From assembly GCA_964540635.1 (NCBI GenBank), contig CAZINP010000001.1, positions 171,263-235,262 on the forward strand: a stretch of DNA of 64,000 nt, written 5' to 3'. The translations under genes and the position numbers were made by a program. The DNA is from an uncultured Gammaproteobacteria bacterium (lineage in GTDB: Bacteria > Patescibacteriota > Patescibacteriia > Buchananbacterales > UBA6539). Below, in pieces: positions 1 to 8,568 of the stretch. The notes below the pieces were generated by a model. The model was not told where the DNA came from. It saw only the letters and a program-made list of their open reading frames with translations, and searched no databases. Every line of letters begins with the position of its first letter. Position 1 is the stretch's first letter.

Positions 1-312
1 TTATTCAAAATGATGACTTCCCAAGCCGCTTCGGTTTTAAGGTTGGGAAAGGTGGGTAAAATTTTACCGGGTTATCGCGCTGATTTGGCTTTTTGGAAGC
101 TGCGCGACAGAGGATTTATGCCTTATAACGAAAAAAAGCCGATCAGTTTGATTGGCAATATGATTACTCATGGCGGGCGTAATGTTAGGGATTTGATGAT
201 TAATGGTGAGTTTGTTATTACCAATCGTTTGCATAATTTAATCAATGAAAGCAAATTGCTTTCTGAGCTGCAAAGAGTGCATATGGATTTGCGTCAAAGA
301 CTTGACGATTAA
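1..312 (+). CDS. Amidohydrolase-family protein, C-terminal fragment (gene begins upstream of window)
   Basis: Open frame runs from base 1 with no stop. The C-terminal sequence resembles metal-dependent amidohydrolase/deaminase ends. The exact family cannot be determined. Confidence 0.45.
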   Translation, partial: LFKMMTSQAASVLRLGKVGKILPGYRADLAFWKLRDRGFMPYNEKKPISLIGNMITHGGRNVRDLMINGEFVITNRLHNLINESKLLSELQRVHMDLRQRLDD

Positions 313-323
313 ATTGATAAAAT

Positions 324-356
324 AAAAAAACCCGCAAAGCTTTGCGGTTTTTTTAT
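324..356. terminator. Bidirectional intrinsic terminator between convergent genes
   Basis: Hairpin CCGCAAAG/CTTTGCGG with an A-run before and a T-run after. Confidence 0.6.
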
Positions 357-374
357 TTTATTTGAAATTGTTTT

Positions 375-1457
375 TTATATAAAGTCGCTGCGGTAATTTG
401 GGGCGGTTTTTATTTTTTGTAGTGAGTGCGGATGACTTTCACGCAAGCCGGCGGCTGAGATGCGCACAAACTCGGCATTTTTGCATAAAGTTTTAATGTC
501 TTTGGCGCCATTGTAACCCAGACCTTGTTTTAAACCGCCAATTAACTGATATATAATTGTTTCAACTGATCCCTTGTATGGCACGTGGCCGACTACGCCC
601 TCGGCAATCATTTCTTCCGGTTTTAATTTATCAGCTTGCATATATCTGTCAGATGAGCCTTTTTGCATCGCATCAACTGAACCCATACCGCGATAAACTT
701 TCATTTTTTGGCCATCAATTTCAATGACTTCACCCGGCGCTTGATCGGTGCCGGCAAATAAGCTGCCAAGCATGACGGCGCTGGCCCCAGCCGCTAAGGC
801 TTTAACCACATCACCCGAAAGCTTGATTCCGCCATCGGCAATAATTGGCGTGTTTGTTTTTTTGGCGGCTTTTACCGCATCCAAAACAGCGGTTAATTGC
901 GGCACGCCGATACCGGCAATAACGCGAGTAGTGCAAATTGACCCAGGTCCAACTCCAACTTTAACCACATCAGCCCCGGCTTTTATTAAATCAAGGGTCG
1001 CTTTGCCCGTGGCTACATTGCCACCGATTATTGTAATTTTTTTGCCGTAAAGTTTTTTTAATTGTGCAATGGTTTCGGCAACTTTATAATAATGTCCGTG
1101 AGCCACATCAATAACCAGGACGTCAACTTCGGCTTCAGCTAAAAATTTGGCGCGGTTAATGGCGTTCTCACCAATTGAAACCGCGGCGGCGCAAAGAAGT
1201 TTTTGGGCTTTTACCTTTTTTACTTCTTCGGCTTGAATTTCGGGAGAAATATTTTTATGGATTACGCCCAGGCCGCCGGCTTTGGCCAAGGTTATGGCCA
1301 TTTCGCTTTCGGTTACGGTGTCCATGGCTGCCGACATCAGTGGGATTTCCAATTTAATATTTTTGCTTAAATATGTTTGAGTTGATACTTGGCTGGGAGA
1401 AACGGTTGATTTTTGCGGCACCAGCAAAACATCGTCAAAAGTTAGGGCTTCTTTCAT
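375..1457 (-). CDS. guaB: Inosine-5'-monophosphate dehydrogenase lacking the CBS (Bateman) subdomain
   Basis: [18 protein letters not shown] signature, catalytic-loop GSICTTR, and the C-terminal flap GMGSVDAM...RYMQ. The roughly 120-aa CBS pair is absent (360 aa total). The gene lies next to guaA. Confidence 0.85.
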   Translation of the reverse strand: MKEALTFDDVLLVPQKSTVSPSQVSTQTYLSKNIKLEIPLMSAAMDTVTESEMAITLAKAGGLGVIHKNISPEIQAEEVKKVKAQKLLCAAAVSIGENAINRAKFLAEAEVDVLVIDVAHGHYYKVAETIAQLKKLYGKKITIIGGNVATGKATLDLIKAGADVVKVGVGPGSICTTRVIAGIGVPQLTAVLDAVKAAKKTNTPIIADGGIKLSGDVVKALAAGASAVMLGSLFAGTDQAPGEVIEIDGQKMKVYRGMGSVDAMQKGSSDRYMQADKLKPEEMIAEGVVGHVPYKGSVETIIYQLIGGLKQGLGYNGAKDIKTLCKNAEFVRISAAGLRESHPHSLQKIKTAPNYRSDFI

Positions 1458-1516
1458 AATAAAATCTTATTAATAATGGCTTTATTATAATTTAATTTTA
1501 GGATATAATCAATTAT

Positions 1517-3322
1517 ATGAAAAAAGAAAAAATTCCTCAGATTGCGGTGATTGATTTCGGTTCACAGTACACCCACCTTATAACCCGGCGCATTAGGCAG
1601 CTGGGTGTTTTAGCTAAAATTTATTTACCCACCGTTAAGCCGAATGAACTGAAAGGCATTAAGGCTTTGATTTTATCCGGCGGACCGAACAGTGTTTATG
1701 ATGACACGGCGGTTTTGTATGATAAGAAATTACTTTCTTTTCCCGTGCCGATTTTAGGTTTGTGTTATGGTCATCAGCTTTTGGCTCAACACTTTGGCGG
1801 TCAAGTCAAACCGGGCAAAACCAAGGAGTATGGTTTTGCGGAATTTAAAGTTTTAAATAAATGTAGTTTAATTAAAGGTTTGCCGGAGAAATCAAAGATT
1901 TGGATGAGTCATGGTGATAGTGTGGCGATTTTGCCGCCGGGCTTTATGGCTTTGGGTAAAACCGCCGATTGTGCAATGGCGGCCATGGCCGATGTTAAAA
2001 GAAAAATATATGGATTGCAATTTCATCCGGAAGTGGCCCATTCGGAATGCGGTGATAAAATTTTGAAAAATTTTGTTTTTAATATCGCCAAGGCCAAAAA
2101 AGATTGGTCGCTTGATTTATATTTCAAAGAGATAATCGCTGAAACTAAAAAAACAGTCGGCAAAAGAAAAGTTTTTTTGTTGGTTTCCGGTGGCGTTGAC
2201 TCTTCGGTTTGTTTTGCCCTTTTGGAAAAAATTTTTGGCAAAAAAAATGTTTTTGGTTTGCATATTGATTCCGGGGCCATGAGATTAAACGAGTCTAAAA
2301 AGGTTAAAGTTGCTTTGGCTAAAGCGGGGTTTGATAATTTGCATATTGTTGACGCTTCCGAAGAGTTTTTAAAAAATCTTAAAGGTGTTTTTGATCCAGA
2401 AAAAAAGCGCGAAATCATCGGTAAAACTTTTTTGGAGATTAAGGATGCGATAATGAAAGATCTTAAATTAAAAAAATCAGATTGGCTTTTGGGTCAAGGC
2501 ACAATTTATCCGGACACAATTGAAAGCGGCGCCACCAAACACGCGGATAAAATTAAAACTCACCACAATCGCGTTGCGGAAATTCTTAAACTGGCCAAGC
2601 TTGGTGCTTTGGTTGAACCGATCGCCGGTTTATATAAAGATGAGGTCAGACAAGTGGGGAAAAAATTAGGCTTGCCCCCCGGCTTGCTTAATCGTCACCC
2701 GTTTCCCGGGCCGGGATTATTTATTCGTTTGCTTTGTTATGACGGCAAAAAAATAAAAGTTGTTAAGGAAAAAAATATTGCCAAAATTATTGGCGGGAAA
2801 TATCAGGCAAGAGTTTTGCCGTTAAAAAGTGTGGGTGTTCAGGGTGATAATCGGACTTATCGCCATCCGGTTTTATTGACCGGCCCTCAAGATTTTAAAA
2901 AGTTGCATGGTTTATCCGTTAGGTTAACCAATGAAGTTAAAAGTATTAATCGGGCGGTGTATTTGGTTGCACCTCAAAAAATTGATTTGGAAAAAATTAA
3001 ACTTCAAAAAGCGGAGATTACCAAGCCCAGATTGGATTTATTGCGTCAGGCCGACGAAGTGGTTAATCGTCAAATTAACTTGAATAAATTGTATAAAAAG
3101 ATTTGGCAATTTCCGGTGGTTTTAGCGCCACTTGGTTTAAAGGGCGGTCAAGCGATTATTTTGCGGCCGGTGGAGTCAAGGGAAGCCATGACGGTTAATT
3201 TTTATCAAATGCAAAAAAATGTTTTAAATCAATTAGCTAAAGAACTCTTAGCAATTAAGGGTATTGATTTGGTACTTTATGATATTACCAATAAGCCCCC
3301 GGGTACGATTGAGTGGGAATAA
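1517..3322 (+). CDS. guaA: GMP synthase (glutamine-hydrolysing), with a longer-than-usual C-terminal region
   Basis: Class I GATase motifs (GLCYGHQ, HPEV). ATP-PPase P-loop SGGVDSS. C-terminal ...KPPGTIEWE. 601 aa. Confidence 0.9.
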   Translation: MKKEKIPQIAVIDFGSQYTHLITRRIRQLGVLAKIYLPTVKPNELKGIKALILSGGPNSVYDDTAVLYDKKLLSFPVPILGLCYGHQLLAQHFGGQVKPGKTKEYGFAEFKVLNKCSLIKGLPEKSKIWMSHGDSVAILPPGFMALGKTADCAMAAMADVKRKIYGLQFHPEVAHSECGDKILKNFVFNIAKAKKDWSLDLYFKEIIAETKKTVGKRKVFLLVSGGVDSSVCFALLEKIFGKKNVFGLHIDSGAMRLNESKKVKVALAKAGFDNLHIVDASEEFLKNLKGVFDPEKKREIIGKTFLEIKDAIMKDLKLKKSDWLLGQGTIYPDTIESGATKHADKIKTHHNRVAEILKLAKLGALVEPIAGLYKDEVRQVGKKLGLPPGLLNRHPFPGPGLFIRLLCYDGKKIKVVKEKNIAKIIGGKYQARVLPLKSVGVQGDNRTYRHPVLLTGPQDFKKLHGLSVRLTNEVKSINRAVYLVAPQKIDLEKIKLQKAEITKPRLDLLRQADEVVNRQINLNKLYKKIWQFPVVLAPLGLKGGQAIILRPVESREAMTVNFYQMQKNVLNQLAKELLAIKGIDLVLYDITNKPPGTIEWE

Positions 3323-3336
3323 AAATATAAATGAAA

Positions 3337-3366
3337 CGTCAGCTTAAGGGCTGATGTTTTTTAATA
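3337..3366 (+). terminator. Intrinsic terminator after guaA
   Basis: Hairpin ACGTCAGC-ttaagg-GCTGATGT followed by a T-run. Confidence 0.5.
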
Positions 3367-3421
3367 AAAAAAGACCGCGCAGAAAGCACGCGGCCAATCA
3401 ATGAGCGAGGTGGATTCGTGT

Positions 3422-3607
3422 TCAATCACGATTTTCCCCGTCATTTTCTTGTTTTGGTGGGCGATCATCGCCCGGACAGTTTCCGCCGGGACAGTTAATG
3501 CCCTCGGGAATTTTTTCATGGGGCGCAGCTACCAACCCATGGTCGGTGGCAATGCCAGGAACAACTTTGCCGCACATGCGGCAAACTACCATCGGTTGAA
3601 TGGTCAT
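3422..3607 (-). CDS. Small Cys-rich zinc-ribbon-like protein (GC-rich gene)
   Basis: 61 aa with CRMCGK...CPGGNCPG, four Cys in two pairs. On the minus strand a hairpin plus T-run follows at about 3364-3393. Local GC is visibly above the genome background. Confidence 0.4.
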   Translation of the reverse strand: MTIQPMVVCRMCGKVVPGIATDHGLVAAPHEKIPEGINCPGGNCPGDDRPPKQENDGENRD

Positions 3608-3700
3608 ACAAACTCTCCCTTGGTTTTGTAATTCATCCTATTAGAATTACAACAGTTAAATATATTATAAAAACATTAATTTGTCAAGGTTATTGGCGTT

Positions 3701-5617
3701 TTATTTTTTAAAAAATTTATAGATAAAACCAATAGTAGCCGCCACAACGGCCGAAGCGCCGGAAAAAAAATAGCGACCAAATGATTTTTCTGAAATAGCT
3801 TTAGTTTCTTTTGGCTTAATATTTTCTTGGGAATTTTGCGCACCAAGCACTTTTGGTTTAGCCATATCTTTTTTTGTATCATCATTTTGGTTTAGAACAT
3901 TCATTTCTCCAGGTGTCGGCGTTTGGCTGTTTTGCCAAATAAAATTTTCATCCAGCACCTGGCTTTGGCCGGTTTTGCCTTTATTATAAATCACCTGGTC
4001 AATAATTTGATTATTCGGCGCCATTAATTTTATGGTATCACCGTCATTGTTTAAGGCAATTTTAGTTTGTGAGCGAAAAAAGGCCAGATATTGTCCGGGC
4101 TTGATAATTGTGTTTGGCGGAAGAATAAACGGTTTGGTTTTTGCCCCTCCGTCGCTTAGCATGAAATTGCTGAGATCATACGGTTTTGTTTCATTGGAAA
4201 AAATTTCAATGAATTCGTTGGCAGCCTCATCTTCTTTGGGATCAGCCAAAAATTCAGAAATAAAAATATTGGGCAGGTATTCCAAATTTTTTACAACAAA
4301 GCTTTCGGTTGAAGTTGAAGTATTTGGTAAAGGTGAAGTCGAAGTTGCCTTGGCGCCATCTTTAATTTTAACTTTTAAAATTTCCGTACTGCTGGCAAGT
4401 TCATCAATAATAATTTTAAGTTTTACTTCGTAGCTGCCAGGAGTAATATAAATTTGTCTGGCTCGGGAGCCAAAAGCCATTCGACCGTCGCCGAATTCCC
4501 AAACAAATTTCATTTCTCGGTTAAATTTGTCAAAACTGTCGCTGGCGTCAAAGAAAAGCGTTTCAAAAACCTCACCCGCTTCCGGACCGGTTAAATTTAT
4601 AATTGGACGCACAATGCTTTGGCAGATATTTTCTTGGCCGGGAGTCGGGCTTTGCCAGCAAAAATCATCATCGGCATTTTTATCAAGATTTTTTTGCCAA
4701 GAGGCATTGTTCATCTCGCTGTTTTTTAAACTAACTTCGTCAATGATTTTATTTTCGTTTGAATAAAGAGTAATTTTTTCTTTGGTATTGGCAATGGCAA
4801 GATTGGTTTGAGAACGATAAAAAACAACAATGGCCTGTGGCGCCAAACCAACCTCGGCAATTACGTAAGAATATTTATTGGCATTTTTGAGAATAAAATT
4901 TTTTAAGTTTATGGTTTTGTTTGAAATATTTTTAATCTCAATAAATTCATTTTTTTCCGGATTTTCAGTCGGGTTGGGAAAAATTTCATTAATAATTAAA
5001 TCGCCCTTCTTAACATCTTGAATGATAGTGGTAATCAATGGGTTTAAAAAAGAAGAAGTGGTTGTTTCTGAAGATTGGTTTGATGCTTCTTCGCCAGGCT
5101 CCTCATTTGATTCATCTGGGCCAAGTGAATTTTGAGCTTTGGGCGTGCCGCCGACTTGAGCCGATGTTTGCCAAAGGCCGTCAGTTTTTCGCTCCAAGGT
5201 ATTTTTGGTTTCATTGTCACCACCCGGCCAACTCTCAGCAGCTTCAATTTTATCAATAATGTTATTATTTTGATCGTATAAAATTAAGTTTTCGCCGGTG
5301 TTTGATAGGCTGCCGGTATAAATTTGATCGGCCGTTATTGTCGGTAGGGTTTGATCACCGGTTCTTTCCAATAGATAAAAACCGGATGCATTAATTTTAC
5401 CGGTTAAATTAATTTTAGGACTGCCGTCCTCAGCTTCCAGACGCCAGCCGGCTAAATCAACCTCTTCGCCTAACGGATTGTATAATTCCAGCCATTCGGC
5501 GTTGGCTGATTCGGTTGTGCCCATCCAGGCAATTTCGTTTATAGTTACATTCTCAGCTGCCAGGCAAATTTTTGGAAAAAATATTACCAGGGCAAAAAGC
5601 AAAAAGCCTTTTTTCAT
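3701..5617 (-). CDS. Secreted, C-terminally membrane-anchored protein with three lamin-tail (LTD) domains and a PKD-like middle region
   Basis: N-terminal signal peptide. LTD signatures repeat three times (INEIAWMGT...EWLELYNP, LIINEIFPNP...FIEIKN, FISEFLADP...FIEIFS). The C-terminal hydrophobic segment is followed by KFFKK. Confidence 0.7.
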   Translation of the reverse strand: MKKGFLLFALVIFFPKICLAAENVTINEIAWMGTTESANAEWLELYNPLGEEVDLAGWRLEAEDGSPKINLTGKINASGFYLLERTGDQTLPTITADQIYTGSLSNTGENLILYDQNNNIIDKIEAAESWPGGDNETKNTLERKTDGLWQTSAQVGGTPKAQNSLGPDESNEEPGEEASNQSSETTTSSFLNPLITTIIQDVKKGDLIINEIFPNPTENPEKNEFIEIKNISNKTINLKNFILKNANKYSYVIAEVGLAPQAIVVFYRSQTNLAIANTKEKITLYSNENKIIDEVSLKNSEMNNASWQKNLDKNADDDFCWQSPTPGQENICQSIVRPIINLTGPEAGEVFETLFFDASDSFDKFNREMKFVWEFGDGRMAFGSRARQIYITPGSYEVKLKIIIDELASSTEILKVKIKDGAKATSTSPLPNTSTSTESFVVKNLEYLPNIFISEFLADPKEDEAANEFIEIFSNETKPYDLSNFMLSDGGAKTKPFILPPNTIIKPGQYLAFFRSQTKIALNNDGDTIKLMAPNNQIIDQVIYNKGKTGQSQVLDENFIWQNSQTPTPGEMNVLNQNDDTKKDMAKPKVLGAQNSQENIKPKETKAISEKSFGRYFFSGASAVVAATIGFIYKFFKK

Positions 5618-5708
5618 AATTTTTATTAGTAAATTATTTAAAAATAAAAAGCGCCCAAGAGGCGCTATATTGATTTAAATATAAATACGAAAACCCCGAT
5701 CAAACGGG

Positions 5709-5733
5709 GCTTTTCGCGCTATGTTGAGCCTTA
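5709..5733. repeat. Copy 1 of a conserved 24-nt motif GCTTTTCGCGCTATGTTGAGCCTT
   Basis: Near-identical to the copies at 7914-7942 and 8107-8134. It is preceded by hairpin CCCCG-atcaaa-CGGGG. Its 3' end forms TTGAGC-ctta-GCTCAA. Confidence 0.6.
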
Positions 5734-5819
5734 GCTCAATTTAAATTTAGAATTTTTTGATTTTTTTGTCAAGAATTTACGTTGACAATGCCTAAAAAAT
5801 AGGCGATGATTAAAATAAT

Positions 5820-7415
5820 ATGAAACCAAAAGGGCTGGAATTTAATCTTGGGAATATCCCCGAACCAAAGCCGATTTTATCTAATCCTGAAAATAAATTG
5901 GGTTTGGGTGAAGTGGCTTCTGATGCAAGAGAAGTCGGAGAAAGTATGCCGCAAAATGTGCCGGAAGGGCGCATTGTTTTTTTAGGCCCAAAGAAAAAAG
6001 AGGCTGAAGCTTTTAACCAAACTGAAACTGATAATAAGGAGGTTGAGCCTGAGGGAAATTTTTTAACACTGGCACGAGACCAGAAAAAGACCGGGCCAAC
6101 CGGAGTAATTGAGGTTGAAACCGGCCAGCCGTTGGTTGAGGAGAAAAAATTTAATCCGACCGAAACTTACGTTGCTTTGAATTTGGCGGTTGAAGAAACG
6201 ATAAAAAATTCAGAATCTTACCGGAGGATTTTAACAGTCGTCGGTTCTGATAAGCGACAATGGCTGATTGGGGAGTTGTCAAGGATGTCAACAATGGGTT
6301 TGTCTAATGATAAGGATACGGCCAGAAATTTGTTGCGTTTGCTTGGTAAAAGTAAAGGCGAATCCTCTTTGTTGGCTGATTATTCTTTGGACGATTTAAG
6401 GTCGGATTTGAGAGCGATTTTCAAAGAAACCCATTCTCAAATAAATATCAGCAGCTATTCGCAAATTGACCGACTTGACTCAGAAACGGTCAGAGATGTT
6501 ATTAAAAGACTTAATGCTTTGGCAATGGAGTCTTCTCATTTTGCCAGCGGTGATAAAAATAATGCCTTGGCAAGAAGATTGTTAGATTTGGAAATTCAGG
6601 AATTAAGAGCGCTTTATCCGGAGCCGAAAATTAAAAAGGAAGAAAAAACCCCTGAGGCTCTAAAATTAAATCAGGAAAAAGAAGAGGCAAATAAAAGACT
6701 TTTAGAAGAGTTAAAAGCTTTGGCTGAAAAGGCCGGGCAAGAGGGCCTTAACCAATGGTTTTTGGATAAAATTAAAGAATGTTTTTCCGAAAAAAGATAT
6801 AAAGAACTTCTTGCGGCCGGATTGGACGGTGTTAGGGTTGTAGAAGTAACCAGTGCTTCGGTTAATCGGGTTGTCGGCCAAGATGTTACTCGCCCTGTTT
6901 TCTATTTTTCTGATGATGAAAGTTACACTAAATTTTGCAAGTCTTTGTTGGGAGAGGACGATGATTCCTCGGGAGTTTTTTTGCCACCGAAATTATTTTC
7001 AGAGGGCGATTTGGCAAAAACCGGCATGTTAATTACCGGCGGTGGCACAGGTACGGTTATTCACGAAATGATGCATTCGGTTGATCCGAATCTTGGTAAA
7101 AGGAAAGGACCCAATCGAGTCCTAGATGAGCTCTTTGCTTATTACAACGATATTGTTGTGAGAAGCCAAATTGACGAAAAAGGTAATTATCAGCCAACCA
7201 ATGAAATTGATGAAAAGTTATGGGACCAATTGGCAGAAGCATTATCTCATGAGGGTTATATGAAGTCATATAAAATGGATAAAAGTTGGGGTAGGGGTGG
7301 TATGAAATCGTTTTGCAATAATTTGGTTTTGAAAGCCAAGTCTTTAAGGACTAAGTTCGGGGATATCGTGACCTTGCGCAAGATCGCGGAAACGATTTCG
7401 CCGCTTGATCTTTAA
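5820..7415 (+). CDS. Hypothetical protein with HExxH zinc-metallopeptidase-like motif (IHEMMHSVD)
   Basis: 531-aa ORF with an acidic low-complexity N-terminal half and a single HEMMH motif near the C-terminus. No further family assignment is possible by eye. Confidence 0.45.
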   Translation: MKPKGLEFNLGNIPEPKPILSNPENKLGLGEVASDAREVGESMPQNVPEGRIVFLGPKKKEAEAFNQTETDNKEVEPEGNFLTLARDQKKTGPTGVIEVETGQPLVEEKKFNPTETYVALNLAVEETIKNSESYRRILTVVGSDKRQWLIGELSRMSTMGLSNDKDTARNLLRLLGKSKGESSLLADYSLDDLRSDLRAIFKETHSQINISSYSQIDRLDSETVRDVIKRLNALAMESSHFASGDKNNALARRLLDLEIQELRALYPEPKIKKEEKTPEALKLNQEKEEANKRLLEELKALAEKAGQEGLNQWFLDKIKECFSEKRYKELLAAGLDGVRVVEVTSASVNRVVGQDVTRPVFYFSDDESYTKFCKSLLGEDDDSSGVFLPPKLFSEGDLAKTGMLITGGGTGTVIHEMMHSVDPNLGKRKGPNRVLDELFAYYNDIVVRSQIDEKGNYQPTNEIDEKLWDQLAEALSHEGYMKSYKMDKSWGRGGMKSFCNNLVLKAKSLRTKFGDIVTLRKIAETISPLDL

Positions 7416-7478
7416 GACTGTTGAGTTTAACAATTGACTTTTTGTTTTTGTAACATTAATATAAGTAGGTGCCTATTT

Positions 7479-7560
7479 GGGCGAGTGGTGGAATTGGTAT
7501 ACACGCATGCCTTAGGAGCATGTGCCGAAAGGCTTGAGAGTTCGAGTCTCTCCTCGCCCA
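7479..7560 (+). tRNA. tRNA-Leu (anticodon TAG)
   Basis: Acceptor GGGCGAG/CTCGCCC+A. Anticodon stem CATGC/GCATG with loop CTTAGGA. Long variable arm. T-arm GAGAG-TTCGAGT-CTCTC. No encoded CCA. Confidence 0.85.
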
Positions 7561-7568
7561 TTATTTAA

Positions 7569-7596
7569 AGCCGTCAATCGGCTTTTTTTGTTTTTA
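7569..7596 (+). terminator. Intrinsic terminator after tRNA-Leu
   Basis: AGCCG-tcaat-CGGCT followed by a long T-run. Confidence 0.6.
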
Positions 7597-7600
7597 ATAT

Positions 7601-7628
7601 TGACAAGTGTGGGGGAATTGGTAAAATA
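7601..7628 (+). promoter_or_regulatory. Sigma70-like promoter TTGACA-16-TAAAAT reading into an ORF-free region
   Basis: Perfect -35, 16-nt spacer, TAAAAT -10. No CDS lies downstream for about 900 nt. Confidence 0.4.
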
Positions 7629-7634
7629 TATATA

Positions 7635-7890
7635 GGATTTAGGCCGTCTTATCAAATAGCGCCGTCGCATAAAAATAAAAAAAATTGAATTAATCAATTT
7701 TTTCCGAAAGATTTTTTGCGCCGTCGCGCCAGAGAGCCGTCGCCAATTTCTGTGGATAAATTAAAAAATATCAATGTTAAAAATTAAACTGACAAAAATT
7801 TTATTTCAGAAATCGAGTGTTAAGCTCGAGATTGGGGGTTCAGTTTTAAATTTATTTAATCATTTCCGGCAATAGGCCGGATTTTTCTTG
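7635..7890 (+). ncRNA. Candidate small RNA bounded by a promoter and a hairpin+T-run (CCGGC-aatag-GCCGG-attttt)
   Basis: No ORF. Several local hairpins. Repeated GCGCCGTCGC words. Terminator-like hairpin at about 7864-7890. Confidence 0.25.
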
Positions 7891-7913
7891 TCTGCTTTTT
7901 TGCGGAAGCCTTT

Positions 7914-7942
7914 GAGCTTTTCGCGCTATGTTGAGCCTAAGG
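7914..7942. repeat. Copy 2 of the 24-nt motif, inside inverted repeat GAAGCCTT...AAGGCTT
   Basis: GAGCTTTTCGCGCTATGTTGAGCCTAAGG. The flanks are reverse complements of each other. Confidence 0.6.
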
Positions 7943-8106
7943 CTTTCGTGAAAAAGCAGAGATTGAATAAACTGATTGTTATAAAGAAAATAATTTTAGA
8001 TCAAACAAATTTAGCCCGCTTTTTTCACGATCAATGCCTTAAGGTCTTAGACTTTTCCCGGATTGCGCTAAGGTAAAATGATCAATTTCTATTTACATTA
8101 GACCAC

Positions 8107-8134
8107 GAGCTTTTCGCGCTATGTTGAGCCTTGG
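8107..8134. repeat. Copy 3 of the 24-nt motif, inside imperfect inverted repeat TACATTAGACCA...TGGTCAGATTTAATGTA
   Basis: GAGCTTTTCGCGCTATGTTGAGCCTTGG, 193 nt downstream of copy 2. Confidence 0.6.
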
Positions 8135-8451
8135 TCAGATTTAATGTAGACAATTGATGTAAACATTTTTCCTGGTTTCAATTGGAGAAGGTTTAATAGG
8201 GCATTGATCATGGCAAAGGCGGGTGAGAATTTATCCAGATATATTCTATAATGATCGTTTGTAAAATTTATTTACGTTATTATGTGTGTTCTTTGATAAT
8301 TATATAATCGTTAGCGTCACCCTTACGCCAATTCAAATTGGCATGAAATAAAATGATTGAACCGAAAGTGGAAAGGAGGTCCCAGGATCTTTCTTTACGT
8401 CCTTGATCATGGTGATCAGGCTATTGAATGGCGAACATAACGTTTTTTTAC

Positions 8452-8481
8452 AACGTTTCCTTGGGGGAGGAAACGTTTTTT
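8452..8481 (+). terminator. Strong intrinsic terminator ending the ORF-free region
   Basis: Perfect hairpin AACGTTTCC-ttggggg-AGGAAACGTT followed by TTTTT. A TTCACG-16-TATAAT promoter follows at about 8493-8519. Confidence 0.65.
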
Positions 8482-8568
8482 AATGCAGCTTTTCACGGAA
8501 GTTGCCTTGGAGGTATAATATAAGCGTAAGCAGTATTTGTAAATAAATTTAAAATTAAACTAACATTT

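Noticed and set aside
748-5259. Assorted internal opposite-strand ORFs inside guaB, guaA and the LTD gene (748-1050, 1175-1357, 2023-2418, 4032-4433, 4527-4766, 5038-5259)
   Set aside because: Each is embedded in a confidently identified gene on the other strand or frame, with no independent signals.
7512-7697. Minus-strand ORF overlapping tRNA-Leu
   Set aside because: Overlaps a well-formed tRNA and its terminator. Composition is non-coding. Spurious.
5709-8134. The three 24-nt motif copies as a CRISPR array
   Set aside because: Only three copies, with irregular spacing (about 2.2 kb, then 193 nt). The spacer between copies 1 and 2 contains a gene and a tRNA. No cas genes are nearby. The flanking structures differ between copies.
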